Below are positions 57,891 through 64,000 of a stretch of 64,000 nucleotides of DNA, in pieces. A model generated the notes under the pieces. That model was not told the DNA's origin. It worked only from the letters and a program-made list of their open reading frames with translations, and searched no databases. The position numbers and the translations under genes were made by a program. Source of the stretch: Candidatus Ozemobacteraceae bacterium (GTDB lineage: Bacteria; Muiribacteriota; Ozemobacteria; Ozemobacterales; Ozemobacteraceae); assembly GCA_965140445.1 (NCBI GenBank), contig OZ223236.1, positions 288,001 to 352,000 of the forward strand, given 5' to 3'. The first letter of the stretch is position 1; the number at the start of each line of letters is the position of its first letter.

Positions 57891-59909
57891 ATGTCTTTAT
57901 CCTCAGGCTGCATTATTGAATTTTCAGGGAAGGGCAGCCAGCCATCTATAGGAGTAGTTCTCAATATCAGTCCTGGCTCAGTAAGAGTTTTATTCTTAAA
58001 TGGCAAAGAAGGCAACATTCCTGATAAAAAGGTTGTTCATGCCACTTTAGCCCCCAAAATTTCTGTTGCCAATCGAGAAACCTGTAAATCTGAATTGGTT
58101 AAAACAGATCAGCTTAGAGAAGAATTGGCCAACGAAATCGATTTAGAAGAGTTGCACGCATTACTTTGCGAAGATTCCAAGGAGTTCTCAGTTGAAGAAA
58201 TAGGAAGCTTTTTGTTCGCTCCTGAAGCAGAAGATTCTTATGCGGCACTTTTAAGAAAGCTTTCATCTGACAAAGTCTATTTCAAGTTTAAAAAAGAAGG
58301 TTTCGTGGCCAACTCTGAAGAAGAAGTTTCTGCGGCAAAAGAATTGATTCAGCGTAAAGAAAAGCAGGAACAAGAAGACCAGGAATTTGTTGAAGCCTTA
58401 AAAGCTGCAAACCAAACTGGGAAAATTCTCCCCGCGCTTGAGACTCATATAGAAGATATGAAAAGATTTGCGGCGGAAGAAACCGAAGGCGGTTTTTCAA
58501 AGAAATTCATAAGCAACTTAGACAAAGCCGGGCTAAATAATCCAAGAAAAATGTTTAGTTTTCTCGTAAAAATAAAAGTTTTTGAAGAAGATGAAAATCC
58601 TCTTTTGATTCGATACAAAGTACCGATTGATTTTGATCCGGAAATCATAAATGAAGGTTTAGAAAATATTTCCAAGTTTGTCCCATCAGAAACTCGCAAA
58701 GATCTGCGCCAACTAAAAACCTGGGCAATTGATACAGAAGGAGCTAAAGACAGAGATGACGCCTTTTCTTTGGAAACCTTAGCCAATGGCAACACAAGCC
58801 TAATTGTACATATAGCTGACCCATCGGAATTCATCAGACCCGGGGAACCTCTTGATATAGAAGCGGCAAAAAGAGCAAGCTCTTTGTATATGCCTGATAT
58901 GCGAATTCACATGCTTCCCCCAGAAATTTCTGAAGAAAAACTCAGTTTGTCTCCAGGCGGTGACAAGCCTGCTTTATCAATTGAAATGAACTTTTCTGAC
59001 ACAGGAGATCTTGAATCTTTTGATATATACGAGTCTTTAATAAATGTAGATAATGCCACTGAATATGAAACAGCGGATGCTCTTGCTGAATCTGATCTGT
59101 GGTTGCAAAAAGCCATTGAGCTTGGAAAGCAACTCGAAAAAAAACGCGAGGAAATGGGAGCAATAGTTTTTGCCAGGCAACCAGAACTTACGGTTAAAGT
59201 AATTGATGGAGAAATTGTTTTAAAGCGAAGAAATCGAGAGGCGAAAACTCAATCCATGATCGCTGAATTTATGATCTGGGCAAATCATGTCTGTGGAAAA
59301 TGGTGTTATGAAAAAGAAATACCATGCTTTTTCAGATCACAGGAACCACCTGAAATTCCTATGGAAAAATCAGATGAATTTGATCCAGTAGCATTCTTTA
59401 AATCAGTCAGAACTTTCAAAAAAACCATAGTAGGATTAAAAGCGGGGCGACATAGCTCATTAGGATTAGACTACTACACCCAGATTTCATCGCCTCTAAG
59501 AAGATATTCAGACCTGCTTTTACATAGACAGATAAAATCTGCCGTAAGGGGCAATTCTTTGGCATATAGCGATTCTGAGCTATCCAACGCAATGCTTCTA
59601 GCAGATGCCGGTCTAAGTAAAGCGGATGAAATAATGAAAAGTAGAGAAAAATACTTTTTATTGAAGTATCTGAAGACCAAACAGAAGTCTGCCAACCTTT
59701 TATTAAAAGGCAAAGTGGTTGATTCCAACATGAATGACGTTAATTTCTACGTTGATATGCTATGCGGTTTCAGACATTGCAGAAAGCCAAACTTTGATGT
59801 AATTCCTGGACAACAAGTTGGAGTGAAAGTAAATCAAATTGATCTTTTTGATGGAATAATCAGATTTGACCTGGTGCCAGAAGCACCAGAACAAGATATT
59901 CTGGAATAA
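57891..59909 (+). CDS. RNB domain exoribonuclease (RNase II/R family)
   Basis: AIDTEGAKDRDDAFS, VHIAD, MIAEFMIWAN and HSSLGLDYYTQISSPLRRYSDL. Confidence 0.95.
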   Translation: MSLSSGCIIEFSGKGSQPSIGVVLNISPGSVRVLFLNGKEGNIPDKKVVHATLAPKISVANRETCKSELVKTDQLREELANEIDLEELHALLCEDSKEFSVEEIGSFLFAPEAEDSYAALLRKLSSDKVYFKFKKEGFVANSEEEVSAAKELIQRKEKQEQEDQEFVEALKAANQTGKILPALETHIEDMKRFAAEETEGGFSKKFISNLDKAGLNNPRKMFSFLVKIKVFEEDENPLLIRYKVPIDFDPEIINEGLENISKFVPSETRKDLRQLKTWAIDTEGAKDRDDAFSLETLANGNTSLIVHIADPSEFIRPGEPLDIEAAKRASSLYMPDMRIHMLPPEISEEKLSLSPGGDKPALSIEMNFSDTGDLESFDIYESLINVDNATEYETADALAESDLWLQKAIELGKQLEKKREEMGAIVFARQPELTVKVIDGEIVLKRRNREAKTQSMIAEFMIWANHVCGKWCYEKEIPCFFRSQEPPEIPMEKSDEFDPVAFFKSVRTFKKTIVGLKAGRHSSLGLDYYTQISSPLRRYSDLLLHRQIKSAVRGNSLAYSDSELSNAMLLADAGLSKADEIMKSREKYFLLKYLKTKQKSANLLLKGKVVDSNMNDVNFYVDMLCGFRHCRKPNFDVIPGQQVGVKVNQIDLFDGIIRFDLVPEAPEQDILE

Positions 59910-59953
59910 CCTGACAACGCAAATTAATGCCTGTTCTGAGAATACAGACAAAT

Positions 59954-59991
59954 AAAAAACTCCCCGCTAATTGTTTAGCGGGGAGTTTTTT
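59954..59991. terminator. Bidirectional intrinsic terminator
   Basis: AAAAAACTCCCCGCTAA-ttgt-TTAGCGGGGAGTTTTTT. Confidence 0.92.
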
Positions 59992-59994
59992 ATA

Positions 59995-60597
59995 CTATTT
60001 TGAACTTTCCGGAAGCTTTAGCAACTCTTCATGGAATTTTTTCTTAAAGTCTTCAGGCAGTCTTGCCTCATACTCAGAAATAATTTCGATACCATCGTGG
60101 TGCAGTGCTTCTGCCTTAGCAAACATTTCTTTAATTCTTCGTTGAGCGCTTGAAAGCTCAGAAGAAAGGCTTTCTTCAACGGATTTCCACTTTGCGTTCA
60201 ATGCTTCATTAAGCTTTTGGTTATGCTCAAGAAGTTTGAATAAAAGCATTTGCTGACTGCCCTGGGAAGCTCCTTCAAACTTGGCCAGTTTTAAACCAAG
60301 CTCGTCTTTCCAGGCTCTCAAGCCTTCAAGCTCCTCAACCAGTTGCTCAATCTGTTCATCTTTCTCGGTGAGCTTTCTTTGATAGTGCTCTTCCGTTCTT
60401 TTGAGCTGGCGAAAGCCATCTTCAGAAATAGCGGCTCGAACATTCTCATGCTCTTTTCGGGATGAGCCCAATTCCTGCTCATACTTTTCTTTAATAAGAA
60501 CGATTTCTCGGTTTTTAAAGTAGATAACAACCTTACCGCCAAGTGCAAACAAGGCGGTAAGGATTAGTATAAGACCTATTACTTGAATTGGATCCAT
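59995..60597 (-). CDS. Membrane-anchored coiled-coil hypothetical protein
   Basis: N-terminal TM helix followed by heptad-rich helix. Confidence 0.75.
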   Translation of the reverse strand: MDPIQVIGLILILTALFALGGKVVIYFKNREIVLIKEKYEQELGSSRKEHENVRAAISEDGFRQLKRTEEHYQRKLTEKDEQIEQLVEELEGLRAWKDELGLKLAKFEGASQGSQQMLLFKLLEHNQKLNEALNAKWKSVEESLSSELSSAQRRIKEMFAKAEALHHDGIEIISEYEARLPEDFKKKFHEELLKLPESSK

Positions 60598-60611
60598 TTT
60601 TTGGTTAGTCC

Positions 60612-61658
60612 TTAATTTCCGCTGAAAGCCAATCTGGAAAGCCCACCAGAAACGCCATCGTTAGCAACCCACATTACTGTTGATGAAGACTGGCTAACGC
60701 CTCTTGCAGAGTCTCCGGCAAGTCCGTTAGTTGTAGAATATAAAACAAAATTAACCATATCATATGTTAAATATGCGCCTTTATCAGTTCCAATCCAATA
60801 TCTGGTGGAGCTATTGCTGCTAACAATTTCTGGAGTATAGCTGTAAGGAGTCTGGGTGGTGAGATTGGTCTGAGTCCATGCGTTTCCGCTATCGGCAGAA
60901 GTAATCAATCCACTATTCGGTCCACCTGCATACCAGGCAGTTCCAATTTTGAAGAAAAGAGTAGCTCCACTTGCTAACCCTATGTTGGTTACCTGTTTTA
61001 CAAACTGATCACCACTGGTATCAAATCTAAATAAACCAGCTTTACCAGTAGAACCAGTACCACAGGCCATAATTGTCGTAGAATCAACAAAAATATCACT
61101 TACTGTACTGGCCGTCATGCCTTTTGCAGTACCATAAAAAGTAATGGCTCCGTTATCAACTTTTGCTACGGAGTTTGTAGTAGCTGTCAGATCTTCAAGA
61201 CCAACCCAAAATGTTGAAGTTGCCTGTCTTGCAAAAGAAAGAACTTTTACGCCGCCAAAACCAGGAACAGCGGTAATAGAGGCAGTTGTGGCTGTATACT
61301 TAAATAGCCCGGAGTCAGTACATATATACATATCGCCGATACCATCAGCAACTATTTTATTAATAGACTGATTTGTAAGACCTGCATCAGTGTTTTTTGT
61401 AAAAGTAGGAGCAGAGAGGTCTGGGTTAAAACTGAACAACCCATTGGCAGTTCCTGCATACATGAGACCAGTCGTAGTTGGTCTAACTGTAGATCTAATA
61501 TCTTGATTAGTTAGAGTATTAGCAGAAGCTGTATCAAAAGAGGTTACAACAAATCCATAAGGATTAATGGCGCTGTCTAATCCTCCGCCACCGCCGCTGC
61601 TACAAGCAACCAGAAGAGGAATAACACAAATTAGAAACAATACAGAAAATCTTTTCAT
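60612..61658 (-). CDS. Ser/Thr/Gly-rich beta-propeller lipoprotein
   Basis: Lipobox LVAC followed by SSGGGGG; repeats YAGTANGL, ICTDSGL, WIGTDKG and NGLAGDS. Confidence 0.78.
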   Translation of the reverse strand: MKRFSVLFLICVIPLLVACSSGGGGGLDSAINPYGFVVTSFDTASANTLTNQDIRSTVRPTTTGLMYAGTANGLFSFNPDLSAPTFTKNTDAGLTNQSINKIVADGIGDMYICTDSGLFKYTATTASITAVPGFGGVKVLSFARQATSTFWVGLEDLTATTNSVAKVDNGAITFYGTAKGMTASTVSDIFVDSTTIMACGTGSTGKAGLFRFDTSGDQFVKQVTNIGLASGATLFFKIGTAWYAGGPNSGLITSADSGNAWTQTNLTTQTPYSYTPEIVSSNSSTRYWIGTDKGAYLTYDMVNFVLYSTTNGLAGDSARGVSQSSSTVMWVANDGVSGGLSRLAFSGN

Positions 61659-61752
61659 TAACCAAACTCCATTTTTATATTTTGATTACGATACTTTTTT
61701 CTCAACTTGCAAGAGACTGTTTAAAGAATATTGCAAAGTTAAATAGCTTTCA

Positions 61753-62946
61753 TCAAGTGAACTGGATATCCCCACTAACAGAATCAGCCTTAAATTCTCC
61801 GCCTTCTGCGCCCGACTTAAGCTGTGTCCCCTGATTGTTCAGAGGTGTAACATCTCCACGCCAATCCAGAATCACATCACCACTTCTTGTAGTGGCTTCA
61901 ACAAGACTCCATGGGCCAGTCATTTTTTCTACAATGATATCCCCAGATGTAGTCGCCAAGGACACTTCTGTCTCTTCTGAAATATTTCCTTCTGTTAGAA
62001 GAATATCTCCAGAAACAGAATTTATCTTCAATTTGCTGATATTTGACGATTTAACCAGAAAATCCCCCGAAGTGGATTTAATCTGCATTGCAATCTCTCC
62101 ACCTTCTATCTGAACGGAACCGCTGACAGTTTCTATCAATGAATCCTTCAAATCTGCGCCCTGAATTCGGATATTTCCTGAGACAGTTTTTAGCTCTTCT
62201 ACCTTAAATTTTCCACGAATTTTAATCCCAGCCGAAACCGTTTTACATTTAAGCAAAACTTCTTCTGGTAAAGCAATTTCCATATCCATAACAGCTTTTA
62301 CAGGTTGATTTTTATCGAATCCAATATACACAACCCCGTCTTTTACCCTGATCCCCTGCTTAGAGAACCATTGAGAAGGCTGATATTCGCCCATTGTAGA
62401 CTTTCCAACTCTGCCCATAACGCGAATCTTAAACTCATCTGCTTTGTGAATTCTAATTTCCCCAAAAATATTCTCAATCACAAAGCTCTTACAGTTCTTA
62501 ACCTCATCTGAAACCCCGGCAACAAAATCAACAGTAACACCATCAAGGGGGTCGCCTTTCATAGTGCTCATTTCAGCGGCCATGGTGCCTACTACATCAT
62601 GCATCCAGGTTCCAAATTCTTTCATTCTTTCTTTAAATTCCTTGCTCCGAGGTTCAGCATTTTTAATAGCGGTTTGAACCGTCTGCTGGACCGTTTGTGC
62701 AAGATTTCTTAAATCAAAACCCAGCTTTGTAGCCTGCGAAAATGGGTTTTCAAAATTGTCTGAATCCCTACTTTCATCCTCTTCATCATGAAATTTTGCA
62801 GATCTTCTCGGGGGCTCCTGTTCTTCTTTTTGCTGGGAAGCCTGACTTCGGTTACTGTCAATGGCTGAAAGAAGCTCTTCAGATTCTTCGACAGTGATCT
62901 TTCCTTCGGCGAGCATGCTCAATATCTTTTTTCTTGCGTCAGACAT
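61753..62946 (-). CDS. SHOCT-like + DUF4097 beta-strand-repeat protein (YvlB/LiaX-like)
   Basis: RKKILSMLAEGKITVEESEELL; repeated TVSGNI, STSGDF, SVSGDI and TTSGDI. Confidence 0.88.
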   Translation of the reverse strand: MSDARKKILSMLAEGKITVEESEELLSAIDSNRSQASQQKEEQEPPRRSAKFHDEEDESRDSDNFENPFSQATKLGFDLRNLAQTVQQTVQTAIKNAEPRSKEFKERMKEFGTWMHDVVGTMAAEMSTMKGDPLDGVTVDFVAGVSDEVKNCKSFVIENIFGEIRIHKADEFKIRVMGRVGKSTMGEYQPSQWFSKQGIRVKDGVVYIGFDKNQPVKAVMDMEIALPEEVLLKCKTVSAGIKIRGKFKVEELKTVSGNIRIQGADLKDSLIETVSGSVQIEGGEIAMQIKSTSGDFLVKSSNISKLKINSVSGDILLTEGNISEETEVSLATTSGDIIVEKMTGPWSLVEATTRSGDVILDWRGDVTPLNNQGTQLKSGAEGGEFKADSVSGDIQFT

Positions 62947-62989
62947 TCTTAACCTCCAATAAACTAAGGGCCGTATTTTCTATCAGGCT

Positions 62990-63018
62990 ATTATATACCT
63001 TGAAGAGCAAAGGCTCAA
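62990..63018 (-). promoter_or_regulatory. sigma70 promoter for the DUF4097 gene
   Basis: TTGAGC-17 nt-TATAAT. Confidence 0.65.
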
Positions 63019-63034
63019 CCTGTCGAAGTTCGCC

Positions 63035-63874
63035 TTAAACAGCGGGATTGCTCAAATCTTTAACAAATATTGAAGAAACTTTAGCTTTCTTAATTCTTTG
63101 CAAAAAACAATTAACAGCACTTTCGGAAATATCCGCGCCAATCCATTTTCGATTCAAAGTTTCTGCCGCAACTAACGTGCTGCCACTGCCGAAACAAAAG
63201 TCTCCAACCAAATCTCCTTCACAAGAAAGCGCTGAAATAATTCTTTCAAGAAGAAAAAGTGGTTTTTGAGTGGGATAGCCAACCCGCTCTTTGGACATTG
63301 GATTTATAATCGGAATATCCCAAACATCGTCAACTGGCGTTCCTTTTGGGTCTGGCATATATCTTTTACCACTGGCAGCTTTTATTCCTCCCTTTGCATA
63401 CCCTGAAGTCTTTTTGTATGGCACTCTTATTGAATCAATATTGAAAACTGGCTTTTTGCCACGACTATACCAAAGAAGCGTATCGTGCTTACAGGAAAAC
63501 CTGTTTCGAGAGCGACCACCACCAGTATAATGCCATATAATCTCATTCATAAAGCCTTGATAGCCAAAAACTTCATCAAGGATTACTCTTGCATAATGGG
63601 AAGTTCGCCAATCAAGGTGAAGAACAAAGCTTCCGTTATCCATTAAAAGCGGGTAAAGAGCTTCTATTCTTTTTTTAAGCCAGGGAAGATACTCATCCAG
63701 ATGGCCTTTCCAACTATCATTATATCTCCATTCAGAATTAGCTCCAACTTGCTCTCTACCTGTTAAAAATGGTGGATCAAGGTAAATTAATCTGAATGCA
63801 TTTTGTGGCAAAACCGGGGCAACATCTATCATGTCGCCCCGGAATATTCCAGATTTTGAAAGAAAATCAGTCAT
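63035..63874 (-). CDS. Orphan beta-class N6-adenine/N4-cytosine DNA methyltransferase
   Basis: LIYLDPPF (motif IV), NEIIWHY, YPTQKP and DFCFGSGST (motif I). Confidence 0.92.
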   Translation of the reverse strand: MTDFLSKSGIFRGDMIDVAPVLPQNAFRLIYLDPPFLTGREQVGANSEWRYNDSWKGHLDEYLPWLKKRIEALYPLLMDNGSFVLHLDWRTSHYARVILDEVFGYQGFMNEIIWHYTGGGRSRNRFSCKHDTLLWYSRGKKPVFNIDSIRVPYKKTSGYAKGGIKAASGKRYMPDPKGTPVDDVWDIPIINPMSKERVGYPTQKPLFLLERIISALSCEGDLVGDFCFGSGSTLVAAETLNRKWIGADISESAVNCFLQRIKKAKVSSIFVKDLSNPAV

Positions 63875-63879
63875 TTATC

Positions 63880-64000
63880 TCAGCAATTTCCCAGCTTTTT
63901 GGAGAGGAATTGCTGCAAATCTTCAATTTTCACTCTTTCCTGTTCCATAGTGTCTCTGTCTCTAACAGTTACTGAGTCATCATCAAGAGTATCAAAGTCA
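63880..64000 (-). CDS. glyQS: Glycine--tRNA ligase (alpha2 type), C-terminal anticodon-binding end; 5' part outside the window
   Basis: Manual translation DFDTLDDDSVTVRDRDTMEQERVKIEDLQQFLSKKLGNC*. Confidence 0.85.
   Translation of the reverse strand, partial: DFDTLDDDSVTVRDRDTMEQERVKIEDLQQFLSKKLGNC

Noticed and set aside
7153..63530. Numerous 60-140 aa antisense ORFs in the track (e.g. 7153..7578, 41140..41526, 51777..52187, 58445..58834)
   Set aside because: They lie almost wholly opposite well-supported genes and have the Ser/Phe/Leu/Ile-rich composition typical of antisense frames.
1..64000. CRISPR arrays, tRNA/rRNA genes, IS elements, integrases and prophage genes
   Set aside because: I saw no spaced direct repeats, cloverleaf/T-loop motifs or transposase/integrase/phage ORFs. 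Intergenic gaps are all about 300 bp or shorter and are largely explained by promoters and terminators.

Overview
This is a gene-dense, AT-rich bacterial core-genome window. I found no rRNA, tRNA, CRISPR array, prophage or transposase. The organism appears to be a diderm with Firmicutes-like housekeeping modules: lgt-hprK-yvcK-whiA, radA...yacL...gltX, an alpha2-type GlyRS and an SLH-tethered porin. The protein style suggests an uncultured lineage such as Candidatus Riflebacteria, which is an inference I could not check. Housekeeping genes are hpf (partial), whiA, yvcK, hprK, lgt, hemW, leuS, gltX, radA, uvrA, PIN-PhoH, an RNase II/R family gene and glyQS (partial). The less ordinary parts are: (1) a CBS-HutP fusion broken by a single-base frameshift in a G5 run; (2) a znuACB plus two-permease operon led by an RHH/Cys-rich regulator, lying between radA and yacL; (3) two paralogous minor-pilin cassettes, one apparently co-transcribed with uvrA-radA; (4) a six-gene envelope locus with an OmpM-like SLH porin, two non-catalytic alpha-glucan-binding-type proteins and a second barrel, behind a sigma28-like -10 box; (5) a Tat-signal AmmeMemoRadiSam radical SAM enzyme; (6) tandem Cys-rich paralogs next to a SLOG protein and a sigma-like gene; (7) a TPR-pseudo-peptidase; (8) an unannotated 38-aa membrane ORF; (9) several probable leaderless genes. 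All family assignments come from motif recognition by eye, with no database searches run.
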